DNA from: a virus
Taxonomy: Duplodnaviria; Caudoviricetes
Strand: one strand, 5' to 3'
Virus record (IMG/VR): IMGVR_UViG_3300043756_000044
Span: 1-29,458 of that record
DNA: 29,458 bases
Shown here: positions 1-8,333 of the stretch, one piece after another
Layout: each line of letters starts with the position of its first letter
How positions within the stretch are numbered: the first letter of the stretch is position 1
Notes under the pieces: generated by a model
Databases searched by the model: none
Told to the model about the DNA's origin: nothing
Seen by the model: only the letters and a program-made list of their open reading frames with translations
Translations under genes and position numbers: made by a program

Positions 1-724
1 GTGTACCTCCACCGATGGGATAGAGAACTTCTTGCGAGTCGGCAACAAAGGTCTGGATGGTGCGACCGTTGGGGGCTTTATTGATCATGGTTTCGTTTGC
101 CGTGTGAGAGGGGAGCACACCTTGCGGCCAATTGAAGTTATGCCCGCCTGCACCATCCTGAATGATGATGAAGGTGTAGAGATTGCCGGGAAGGATGTTG
201 GTCAGATAAGGTCCAGTACAGTCAGCGGTCAGCGTGATTTGCCATGCGGTGAACTGAGCGCCAGAGAACTCCGGGGAAGTCGAGAACGGCACAACCTGAA
301 GCTGGTTGATGATGAGCGGCGGCAGCGGCGGTATCGGTAAAGAAGGATCAAAGGACGCCATCCCGTCCACGTCATACTGCTGCGCATCCATAAAAACAAA
401 CGCGTCGACTTGGATGATGTCGCCGTTAAAGTCGCGAGTAGTGATGGTGTAATACGTTCCTTCGGGAAGGATCACATCATTCCCCACTACGGTCGCCGCC
501 CAAAAGCCTTTCGATGCCTCCGCTTGGACTACCAGCGATAGCTCGGCGAATCGTCCCACACCATTCGCCGAGAATGCGCGGGGAACCTGCGGGCCGTAGC
601 CGCATAGTGCAATCTCAACCGAGGAAGGATACGCCGGATTCAACCACCACGTACTGTCTGGTGGTGGTGGCTGCGGTGCTCCCTCATAGGCGGCTGTTCT
701 CAATCCTCCATAGATGTACGACAT
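1..724 (-). CDS. Tail fibre / receptor-binding-like protein (runs off the left edge; not in ORF track)
   Basis: Manual translation from ATG 724 (GAGG RBS): MSYIYGGLRTAAYEG...GNDVILPEGTYYTITTRD...PIPPLPP...GNLYTFIIIQDGAGGHNFNWP. Open to position 1. The YTFIIIQDxxGGxxxxWP motif resembles phage fibre domains. Confidence 0.6.
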   Translation of the reverse strand, partial: MSYIYGGLRTAAYEGAPQPPPPDSTWWLNPAYPSSVEIALCGYGPQVPRAFSANGVGRFAELSLVVQAEASKGFWAATVVGNDVILPEGTYYTITTRDFNGDIIQVDAFVFMDAQQYDVDGMASFDPSLPIPPLPPLIINQLQVVPFSTSPEFSGAQFTAWQITLTADCTGPYLTNILPGNLYTFIIIQDGAGGHNFNWPQGVLPSHTANETMINKAPNGRTIQTFVADSQEVLYPIGGGT

Positions 725-731
725 GGCAACC

Positions 732-1163
732 TCACGCAAAGAAACTCAGTGGTCCCACGGTCGCGATACGCGGATGCGCCCGGAGATCGTCGAGAATGTG
801 TTCCTGAAACCAAGGACGGTTGAGTTCGTTCAGATTGCAGTAGTAGAGCGAAGTGAGTTCGCCCCGGTCGTCGGTGATGTTTATGTTGGAATCGTCGGCA
901 ACCCCGTGATAGATGTCGTCGACAAGCATCAGCATCTTGCGAAAGGCAAGCGAGCGCGGGTCGATCTTCAGTGGTGGTTCGGTGAGGGTGCCAACGAAAT
1001 CCGGCGCTGCGTCGATCACTTGGCTCCACTCACCCCAACCCGCCTGCACACGATTGGCGATGACCTGCGCTACCGCTGCCATACAGTCCCACCCTCCATA
1101 GTGGTACGCCTCGCGCACGGCGAATTGCACCAGCTTGCCTTTGATGTAGTTCTCATACGTCAT
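732..1163 (-). CDS. SleB-like (Hydrolase_2) cell wall hydrolase, probable endolysin
   Basis: REA...MAAVAQVIANRV N-terminal motif with candidate catalytic Glu, YYCN...PWF and C-terminal RIATVGPLSFF. Lies downstream of a holin-like gene. Confidence 0.75.
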   Translation of the reverse strand: MTYENYIKGKLVQFAVREAYHYGGWDCMAAVAQVIANRVQAGWGEWSQVIDAAPDFVGTLTEPPLKIDPRSLAFRKMLMLVDDIYHGVADDSNINITDDRGELTSLYYCNLNELNRPWFQEHILDDLRAHPRIATVGPLSFFA

Positions 1164-1330
1164 GAGCGAATGCGCTTCTTTCTTCCACCGCGCAAGGTTT
1201 GCGGGTCTTGTCCCGGTGTATGGGTTCCAGACGTGTAGTTCTTTTTCTTCAGCACGCCTTCGTCGCTCGGGTCATACTTGCGGGCCTTCGGAGCACGTCT
1301 GACTCTTGGCAGACTTCTTTTCTTCGCCAT
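1160..1330 (-). CDS. 56-aa Arg/Lys-rich peptide (not in ORF track)
   Basis: MAKKRSLPRVRRAPKARKYDPSDEGVLKKKNYTSGTHTPGQDPQTLRGGRKKRIRS. TAATG overlap with the upstream ORF and ATGA overlap with the hydrolase. Confidence 0.7.
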   Translation of the reverse strand: MAKKRSLPRVRRAPKARKYDPSDEGVLKKKNYTSGTHTPGQDPQTLRGGRKKRIRS

Positions 1331-1503
1331 TAGCTTTTTCTCCTTCTCTTGATTTTGCGCGGCTTCATACGGGTTTTCATGCGGCTGGTTTTCAACGGAC
1401 GCTCGCTCGCGCTGAGTCGTCCGAATCCGTGTCCTGCGCGTCCCTCGGCATCCTTCACCTTGCGATGCTGCAGCCGGTTACTCCTGTTCCGTCTGGTTGC
1501 CAT
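1330..1503 (-). CDS. 57-aa Arg/Lys-rich peptide (not in ORF track)
   Basis: MATRRNRSNRLQHRKVKDAEGRAGHGFGRLSASERPLKTSRMKTRMKPRKIKRRRKS. AGGGG RBS; fills the gap between flanking genes. Confidence 0.7.
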   Translation of the reverse strand: MATRRNRSNRLQHRKVKDAEGRAGHGFGRLSASERPLKTSRMKTRMKPRKIKRRRKS

Positions 1504-1512
1504 TGTTCCCCC

Positions 1513-2001
1513 TTAGATAACCGGAGCATCGTGCATGTCCGGGCTTCCTGCGCGAATCGCATCCCATCCCTTGCGAAAATCCTTTTCCTTCTCGGGAGGA
1601 TCGGTCAGCTTGATATCGGTGTGCGGCTTCTCTCCGTTGCCGCCGCGTGCGTTCATCTTGTCGATGATGTTCGCCAGTGTACCGAGCGCGAAGGTAATCA
1701 GCGGTCGCAAGCGCTGCGGAACCGGCAATAGCTTAATGTCGTCGATGAGTTGATTGATGGCGCGGATAATGCCTGCCGCGCTCTGTCCTTCGTGCCACGT
1801 CTGAATCAGTGCGATGACCGCATCGGTATCGTTCTTTATCTTCGCGGCGAATTGCTGGTTACCCGATACCATAGCCAGCGTTGCCACGGTTGAGCCGAGC
1901 ACGCGCACCAGTTCGTCGAGAGATCGTTCGCCGCAACCACTAATCCTCCACCCTGCCAGCGGTAGCAGAGCGAACAAGATAACTGCGGAGCGCCGTGTCA
2001 T
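1513..2001 (-). CDS. Lipoprotein in lysis region (162 aa)
   Basis: Start reassigned to ATG 2001 (ATGA overlap, GGAGG RBS). MTRRSAVILFALLPLAGWRISG-C resembles a signal peptide II with lipobox. Confidence 0.6.
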   Translation of the reverse strand: MTRRSAVILFALLPLAGWRISGCGERSLDELVRVLGSTVATLAMVSGNQQFAAKIKNDTDAVIALIQTWHEGQSAAGIIRAINQLIDDIKLLPVPQRLRPLITFALGTLANIIDKMNARGGNGEKPHTDIKLTDPPEKEKDFRKGWDAIRAGSPDMHDAPVI

Positions 2002-2201
2002 GGCTTGCCTCCGTATGGCGGGTTCGAAGTCGCGAAGATAAGCAGGAACAGGCCGAATATCCCCTCTGCCAGCGTGAACAGGTGCGGAGAATTGATGGTC
2101 GCATTCTGTATCCATTGCTGCATGGCGGGTACTTGAGCAAGCAGAGTAAGAACAATCACGATTGCGATAACCGTGAGTGCTCTCTTGTCGGATGAGATCA
2201 T
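1998..2201 (-). CDS. Holin-like two-transmembrane protein (67 aa)
   Basis: GGAGG RBS, ATG 2201. Two hydrophobic segments (ALTVIAIVIVLTLLA and LFTLAEGIFGLFLLIFA). Lies upstream of the lipoprotein and hydrolase. Confidence 0.6.
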   Translation of the reverse strand: MISSDKRALTVIAIVIVLTLLAQVPAMQQWIQNATINSPHLFTLAEGIFGLFLLIFATSNPPYGGKP

Positions 2202-2320
2202 GGTTCCTCCTTTTTGCTGTGATAGCCGAGCCTGCACATATAGCAAATCGGCGAGTTCCAAACGCGGTTGCTGCACCCGCACGGGCAGCGGCAACGGGGA
2301 CGCTCTTCGGAAAGCTTCAT
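2198..2320 (-). CDS. 40-aa Cys-rich (zinc-ribbon-like) peptide
   Basis: MKLSEERPRCRCPCGCSNRVWNSPICYMCRLGYHSKKEEP. ATGA overlaps at both ends. Confidence 0.55.
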   Translation of the reverse strand: MKLSEERPRCRCPCGCSNRVWNSPICYMCRLGYHSKKEEP

Positions 2321-3003
2321 TGCACCAGTCCCGCCTTTCGTTGCCGGTTGTAGTAAAGGTTCTGGCGATAGATGAGTGAGACATCGCCGAGCGCTGGCTT
2401 GCCGAATGCCTTGTCGACTTCTTCCTCGGTAAGCACGCCAGCGAGAATCAGCGAGAGCATGGCGGTTCGCCATCCCCGGTAGCGCTCCGAGATCGGCACA
2501 TCGAAATCATCGAAGCGCATCAGCGACCATTCCGGGCCGTAGGGATATTGCAGCGTCGTCACCATCTTGCGTTCGCCCTTCACCCACGCCGAGACTCCCA
2601 CGCGACCGGCGATGGCGTAATCGTGCAGCCAGAGCCGACCGTTGCTGCGCTCCTTTTTGAACTCCTTCAATTGCCCCGTCTTGTCATCCGGCATCCACAC
2701 GTAAAAACTCGGCGTCTCTATCCGTGCATCCACTCCGGCGCGGCGTAACTTGCGGAAGACTTCGTGCGCGTGCAGGATGCCGGTCAGACGCATCTCTTCG
2801 TTCTCTTTCCCCATGAACCACCACTGTTGTTTCCAGCGCCTGCCCTCTGCCGCCATGTAGTTCTGTTCGTAGCGCACGCCGATGGCTTCCTCAAGATCGA
2901 CGGGGGCCACGTCCGGACGGAACGCGGGCGGGCTGGCATAGTTCTGCGGTATGGATAGCTCTTGGTCGACGGACATCGTGGATGTCTTACTGAGTTGGAG
3001 CAT
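2317..3003 (-). CDS. Hypothetical phage protein (about 228 aa)
   Basis: Start moved to ATG 3003 (AAGGGAG RBS). The longer ORF-track start overlaps the upstream gene by about 250 nt. Confidence 0.7.
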   Translation of the reverse strand: MLQLSKTSTMSVDQELSIPQNYASPPAFRPDVAPVDLEEAIGVRYEQNYMAAEGRRWKQQWWFMGKENEEMRLTGILHAHEVFRKLRRAGVDARIETPSFYVWMPDDKTGQLKEFKKERSNGRLWLHDYAIAGRVGVSAWVKGERKMVTTLQYPYGPEWSLMRFDDFDVPISERYRGWRTAMLSLILAGVLTEEEVDKAFGKPALGDVSLIYRQNLYYNRQRKAGLVQ

Positions 3004-5143
3004 TCGGAATCTCCCTTGTTGTAGTTCCCCCTGCGGTCGAGATAAGACGTGCGATGCGCGGGCCGATGACGCTGACCGGCTCATCGCTCTTAGCACCTTC
3101 GATAAAAGCGCGGGCAACCTCGGGGTTGGTTGCGATGCGCCGAAGCGTTCGGACATAGGCAGTATGAGCGCCGAGCACTGCCGCTCCACCCGCAGCACCG
3201 CCGAGCGTATGTCCGATGAAATGTCCCAAAGCGGTAACGCCACCGAACCCTAGACCGCCCCGGATTCTCCCACCGTAATAGGCTTTTTTGAGAATGCTGG
3301 TAGCGAGTTCCACTATGTTGTGTGCTCGCTCTGCCTTGGGAGATTCGAGAAGATCGCCCATCTCAATCAGGTGATCGAATCCTTCTTTGCCGATGACGGG
3401 ATCGAGCACGTCTCCGTACTTGGCGTGTACCTTCTCAAGATCGTCAGTGAGCGTACCTAGACCTTTAATCTCCTGCGGTCGGTTGATGGCCTTCGCTCGC
3501 GCTTCGCGTAAGGTGAAATGACTGTCGACAACGTTCTGCAATTCGCGCATCCCATTCGCGATTTGCTGCTCTTCATAAGCACGCTGTAGCAGTACCGAAG
3601 AATTTTCCGGCTGCGCTCCCTTTTCCTTAATGAAGTTCGCGAGATCGTCACTGGCTTGCCGCAAGGTCTGCTGCGCATCGATATGTTCGTGGAGATCACC
3701 CGAATACATCGCCTTGTCGAACGCATCCTGCGCGGTGTTGCGGGCCTGCACCAGCTTGTTAAATTCTTGGCTCAATCCCGCCTGTTGCATCTTCGCGCTG
3801 GCGACGGATTCCAGATGACTCGCGGCATCGCCCCAATTCTCCACACCTTGAGCAGCGCCTATCGGGTCATGGAGTTCGAAGGGACGCGCAGCGAGATAGC
3901 TGTCATGGCGCGATAGCTGTTGCTGAATGTCATCGTAGGCTTGCCGAAATTGATCGTCTTCCGCTGGCGTAGTGTCCCGGCTCAACCACTCCTGCTTAAT
4001 GTCATTCATTGCGGAGCGGGCCTCGCTCGCTGACATCGCGGTTGAACCATCGGGCGGGATGTAACGCCATCGATCACCCTGCCCTAACACTTCTCCCGGC
4101 GCTGTCGAACGGATGTTTGTGCCAACGGTGGAAGCGTTCACCGCGTCGTTCGTATCCTGCAGCGCGTTCGCTAACGCTGACTTTGCCTTGTTGGTGTTCA
4201 GTTGCTTCCATGCTTCGACACGTTGCCGCATGATCTCGGGGTAGTCTTCAATCGGAGCAATGCTTGCCCGTGGACTTGCGGCGGGTGCTCCTGTGAGCGG
4301 GTCTTTTATCTCGGAAGCGAGTTGCGTGAACTCTGCTCCACCGATGTTCCTCGGGACTGGCTGAATCTCCTGTGCTACGCGAGCCAGATGTCGCTGGTAT
4401 GCTCCTACACCTTCGCCCGCTAATTGCCCTGCAGCACCAAGCGGAGCGGCGATGGCGGCGGCTGTGCCGGTCTGTCCAATATCGCCACCTGTGTGAGCGT
4501 ACGTCTGTGCTCCCTGCTCGCCTGCGCTCTTGACTGCTGACCATCCGATACGGAGTAGGCGGCTGGTGAGGCTGTTGCCTTCCATCGCCTTCCATAACTT
4601 CGCTGACTGCTCGGCAATCTCTCCCGCGCTACGCGCTCCTGCTTCGGGCTGACCGGATGCGAACGCGAGCGCGAGTTCGCCTAGATTCTCGGCAAAGCCA
4701 CCAGCGGTTTGAAAGAATCCCTCGGGGTTGGAATTCTTCATTAACCAGTCAGCGCGGGATTGAGCCGCCGCTCGGCTGGCTTGCGAACTTGGACCGCGAA
4801 AACCCTGATTGACTGCGGCTAATGCCTGCTCATCGGTAGCATCTGGATTCGCTTTCTTGTACTCGATAACATCGATTGGCTCTGGTCCTTTGCCGAATGA
4901 TTTATTGACTAATTGCTGCACGCCACCAACTAACCCGCCAAGTTGTTTCCATGCCCCAATCCCCATGTTGATTTGCGGCCCCATGATCGGGTCTTGCTGC
5001 AATGCCGTCATCGCTGTTTGCATGAAGGTCGGCGGCTGTGCTGGCTGCGCGGGTGTCTGCGAGACAACACTCCACGGATCACCGCTCGCTGGTGGTGCTG
5101 GCTGTGTCGGTTCCTGCGAAACTACAGACCAATCATCGGCCAT
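2987..5143 (-). CDS. Large internal virion / DNA ejection-type protein (718 aa)
   Basis: Ala/Gln/Gly-rich helical protein with a duplicated DxWSVVSQxP N-terminus and glycine-zipper segments. Third of three ejection-like genes after the nozzle. Confidence 0.65.
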   Translation of the reverse strand: MADDWSVVSQEPTQPAPPASGDPWSVVSQTPAQPAQPPTFMQTAMTALQQDPIMGPQINMGIGAWKQLGGLVGGVQQLVNKSFGKGPEPIDVIEYKKANPDATDEQALAAVNQGFRGPSSQASRAAAQSRADWLMKNSNPEGFFQTAGGFAENLGELALAFASGQPEAGARSAGEIAEQSAKLWKAMEGNSLTSRLLRIGWSAVKSAGEQGAQTYAHTGGDIGQTGTAAAIAAPLGAAGQLAGEGVGAYQRHLARVAQEIQPVPRNIGGAEFTQLASEIKDPLTGAPAASPRASIAPIEDYPEIMRQRVEAWKQLNTNKAKSALANALQDTNDAVNASTVGTNIRSTAPGEVLGQGDRWRYIPPDGSTAMSASEARSAMNDIKQEWLSRDTTPAEDDQFRQAYDDIQQQLSRHDSYLAARPFELHDPIGAAQGVENWGDAASHLESVASAKMQQAGLSQEFNKLVQARNTAQDAFDKAMYSGDLHEHIDAQQTLRQASDDLANFIKEKGAQPENSSVLLQRAYEEQQIANGMRELQNVVDSHFTLREARAKAINRPQEIKGLGTLTDDLEKVHAKYGDVLDPVIGKEGFDHLIEMGDLLESPKAERAHNIVELATSILKKAYYGGRIRGGLGFGGVTALGHFIGHTLGGAAGGAAVLGAHTAYVRTLRRIATNPEVARAFIEGAKSDEPVSVIGPRIARLISTAGGTTTREIPNAPTQ

Positions 5144-5153
5144 CGCTTCTCCC

Positions 5154-6848
5154 CTACTTCACTCTTGTCGGCTTTCCGTTCTGCAGCGTCCATTGCTGAC
5201 CATTTCCAAAAGTTGTTGTCTGCCCTTCCTTCAATTGACTGAGCGCGGCGGGTGGTAAGGTTTCCGCTGGTGCTGCTGGTGCCGCTGGTGTTGCGGCTGC
5301 TGGTGCTGCCGCTGGTGCTGCACCGCCAACGGTCGCGAGATGTCCCGCAATCTTCGCCTTGCCTACGTCATTCATCGTCTGGACAATTTGCTTGCGCTGT
5401 TCGTCGCTGAACCATGTGCCTGTAGTAAAGTGACGGACTTTCGCTTCTGCAGAACCCATCCAATTCCGCGAGTTCTTCAGCATGTCCATCTGCGGGGTTG
5501 ACATTCTGAAACCGCTGGAGGGCTTCGCAAGATCGAAAAACTTCTCCATCAGCGCTTCATCGCTCGTACCCGTTGGCGGTTTATTCAGATAATCGTTTGC
5601 GTATGCTAGAGCGCTATTGATCGGCTCTAAAACTTTCGCGTTGGCAGCGTCAATTTTTTCCTTTGTTCCCGGTCTGAAAATTCCAGTTGAGGGTTCCACG
5701 ATAGCTCCGGTTCTATCGTTGTAAAGCAGGGGATTGCCCTCTTTGTCTTGCCCTAAAATCAACCTGCCCTGCGCATCTCTTGCGGCTGCACTGGCTGCAA
5801 TGCGCTGCGCTTCCAGCGCGAGTTTTCGCTGCGCTACATCGCCCTCAATCTTCGCCCACTCAATTTTCGTTTTGGCATCCTGCACGGCATCGCTCTGCAT
5901 CATCGCCATTAGCTTGTCTTTTGGCATGGAACCCGCGCCTATCGTGCCGAGATTCACGTCTTCCAGCTTCGTACCATCGGCGCTCACCCGCGTTACATGG
6001 CGCTCATAAGGTTCGGTATTTAGTTGGTGCATCGTGTCGATGGGACGTGAGTAGACATCGACTCCGATAGGGTTTCCATCGGGTCCATACTTGGTGAAGA
6101 CGGCGGTTCTGCCATCCGTATGTGCCTGCCTCAAATCGGGATTACTGTTTATTTGCTGTGCTACGCGGGTCATTAATGTATCTGGATTTCCATCGGAGGG
6201 GATGAATAAATGCTGCGCATTATCCGCCTGCATTGACTTCGCAATTCGGTCCTGCCGGTCCTGCTCATCCTCGGTCGCTTTGATCTGCGCTTGGTGCATA
6301 TCAAAGGTTCCTTTCATGGCGTGCTGGTTCAGCAAAATCATGTTCGCGTTGAATAATTGCCGGTCCCTGTCCTGCTTATTCATCTGCGCGGCAAGCTTCA
6401 AAGTCGCGTCCTGATTCCCCTCTCCGATGGTGGTTCCAATCTGCAAACCCGCTGCCGCTGCCCGTCCCGCACCCCCCGGACCTGTACCCACGGCGAACCC
6501 CTGCGCGGCTCCGGCAAGCGCTGCAGCGGCCACTCTGCCCCACCTTCCAGCGGTCGATTGGACCGGAACTGCAGCGTAAGAACCATCCTGATTTCGGATA
6601 ATTTGCATCTGCGTATCGCCGCCTGTCATTGCGTTCATGGCGTTCTTTAAGGCGGTCGAAATCCGTCCATGATGTACCGCCGCTGCGGCTAATTCGGGGT
6701 CGTAATTCGACGAAAGAATCGGCATTTGATCGTTCGGTAATTGCGTCGTTACGGTGACATCTTCGGGTGGGGCAATCCCCGTTTGCGCCCAACTATTCGG
6801 GCTTTGTTGCTGCCCTAAAGCATCCATTGCGCCGTCGAATAATGCCAT
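5154..6848 (-). CDS. Internal virion / DNA ejection-type protein (564 aa)
   Basis: Gly/Ala hydrophobic segment, coiled coils, Ala-Pro linker and a short C-terminal module (LKEGQTTTFGNGQQWTLQNGKP). Position matches P22 gp20/T7 gp15-type genes. Confidence 0.6.
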   Translation of the reverse strand: MALFDGAMDALGQQQSPNSWAQTGIAPPEDVTVTTQLPNDQMPILSSNYDPELAAAAVHHGRISTALKNAMNAMTGGDTQMQIIRNQDGSYAAVPVQSTAGRWGRVAAAALAGAAQGFAVGTGPGGAGRAAAAGLQIGTTIGEGNQDATLKLAAQMNKQDRDRQLFNANMILLNQHAMKGTFDMHQAQIKATEDEQDRQDRIAKSMQADNAQHLFIPSDGNPDTLMTRVAQQINSNPDLRQAHTDGRTAVFTKYGPDGNPIGVDVYSRPIDTMHQLNTEPYERHVTRVSADGTKLEDVNLGTIGAGSMPKDKLMAMMQSDAVQDAKTKIEWAKIEGDVAQRKLALEAQRIAASAAARDAQGRLILGQDKEGNPLLYNDRTGAIVEPSTGIFRPGTKEKIDAANAKVLEPINSALAYANDYLNKPPTGTSDEALMEKFFDLAKPSSGFRMSTPQMDMLKNSRNWMGSAEAKVRHFTTGTWFSDEQRKQIVQTMNDVGKAKIAGHLATVGGAAPAAAPAAATPAAPAAPAETLPPAALSQLKEGQTTTFGNGQQWTLQNGKPTRVK

Positions 6849-6860
6849 GACTTTCCCTCG

Positions 6861-7619
6861 TTATTGCATCCCTAATGGAGCGGTTGCGGGGTACGGGTTG
6901 TACCCCCCGGCAGCGGCAAACGGTACAGTTCCGGTTGTCGGATACGGATTGAAATAACCACCTGAATAACTTCCCCCGGCTGCTCCTCCCGCGTTAATTG
7001 CGGGGAGTTTCGGTGTCATAAATCCGCCTAGCGCGACGCCACCGACACCACCTAATGCACCGATTGCGGCGTTCCAAAGCGAGTTACTTTGCTGCGCAAT
7101 CTGGTTCGCGGTGGTCGATGCCAACCCGCCTGCGGAGGTAGCAGAACCGGCATACGCATTCGGGTTAACCATGTTGCCAACTCCGGCTAATGCGTTCGCC
7201 GCGTTCTGCCAGTTCTGGTATCCCATCTGGTAATTCGAGAGCATGTTCTGGTTGAGCGCGGTCGCTCGCTGTCCTGCAGCCTGAGCCGCAAGGTTCGCCA
7301 TCGTGTTCGCCTGAATACTGGAAGGTAATAACTGATCACCACCCCCCTGCGCAGCCAGAGCGCGGGCGGCGGCTTGCTGTGCTGCGCCGTACTGCTGCGC
7401 GATGGTTTCGCTCGCTGCGGTGTTCAACCCTGTAACCTGCGCCGGGGAGTACCCGGTTTGATACGGTCCCCGCGCCAGAATGGGCTGGAACGTGCTGGTA
7501 AGCGAGTTGAGGATGTTCTGGTTCTGCGCAAAAGCGGTCGAATAGTTCTGGTTCAGCGTCTTATACATCTGAGCCTGTTGCTGTTCGAGGTTCTGCTGTT
7601 CTCCGGTTGACCCGCACAT
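6861..7619 (-). CDS. Small ejection/pilot-type protein (252 aa)
   Basis: Begins MCGS, is Gln/Ala/Asn-rich and has a C-terminal glycine zipper (AAIGALGGVGGVALGG). Follows a GNAT-like gene, as T7 gp14 follows gp13. Confidence 0.6.
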   Translation of the reverse strand: MCGSTGEQQNLEQQQAQMYKTLNQNYSTAFAQNQNILNSLTSTFQPILARGPYQTGYSPAQVTGLNTAASETIAQQYGAAQQAAARALAAQGGGDQLLPSSIQANTMANLAAQAAGQRATALNQNMLSNYQMGYQNWQNAANALAGVGNMVNPNAYAGSATSAGGLASTTANQIAQQSNSLWNAAIGALGGVGGVALGGFMTPKLPAINAGGAAGGSYSGGYFNPYPTTGTVPFAAAGGYNPYPATAPLGMQ

Positions 7620-7626
7620 GACCCCA

Positions 7627-8100
7627 TCACCCCGCTTTCTCAAATGCCGTTGGCTGGTGCTGCCAATGCCCTACAAGGCGTCGCCAGAGCAAGGGACGGG
7701 TCAGCGTACCTTTCCCCATGTCGCGGAAGCCTAGACGCCGTTTCGCCATCGCCTTCAAAGCTGGTCCATCCGTGTCGAAAATTACCTCGCGGAAATGGTT
7801 CTGCAGTAGCAGACCTTCAAGCCACTCCATCCCCTTCGTCAGCACGTCGCGATTCACCGTGGAGTTCTGTTCCCCGAACTGCACCGAGAGCCGGACGGCA
7901 TTCTGTGTTTTGAAATAAAGGACTACCCTGCCCTGTTCGTCCTCAATCGCCCACGCCCCTTCCCCCGGCGCGAGATTGAGGAACCAATCGGCATCCATGA
8001 CCCCGTGATGGTAGGGATCGTTAAAAGTGAGCCTATCTATATAGGGACGGTCCTTCTCATCGACGGGCCGGACGGTATATCTATCGAAATTCAGGTTCAT
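7627..8100 (-). CDS. GNAT-fold-like virion-associated protein (157 aa)
   Basis: Start ATG 8100 (ATGA overlap, AGGGG RBS). TVRPVDEKD N-terminus and ALKAMAKRRLGF C-terminal motif resemble GNAT folds. Lies between nozzle and ejection genes. Confidence 0.55.
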   Translation of the reverse strand: MNLNFDRYTVRPVDEKDRPYIDRLTFNDPYHHGVMDADWFLNLAPGEGAWAIEDEQGRVVLYFKTQNAVRLSVQFGEQNSTVNRDVLTKGMEWLEGLLLQNHFREVIFDTDGPALKAMAKRRLGFRDMGKGTLTRPLLWRRLVGHWQHQPTAFEKAG

Positions 8101-8333
8101 TTTGTGGTCCCCCTTGCCGGTAGAATGCGGTGCGTCGGGACGTTGGGACCGCCGTATAACTGCCTTACAAACGCGTCCGCAGTCGACGCCTGTAGCGGCA
8201 TCGCGGAGCGCATAAAGGGCGAACGTGCGGGGATATTCTGCATCTCGGGATTGGCCGGTACGGGGGGAGTTTTCGGAGGTACTTGCGACCATCCTGAGAG
8301 GTCCGGCTGACGTAATTGGAAGGTACGCGGCAT
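8097..8333 (-). CDS. Hypothetical Pro-rich protein (78 aa)
   Basis: ATG 8333 overlaps the nozzle stop (TAATG); its stop overlaps the next ATG. Confidence 0.65.
   Translation of the reverse strand: MPRTFQLRQPDLSGWSQVPPKTPPVPANPEMQNIPARSPFMRSAMPLQASTADAFVRQLYGGPNVPTHRILPARGTTK

Noticed and set aside
712-720. TACATCT motif shared with the portal upstream region, considered as a late promoter
   Set aside because: This copy lies inside the coding sequence of the fibre-like gene, so there is no consistent positional pattern.
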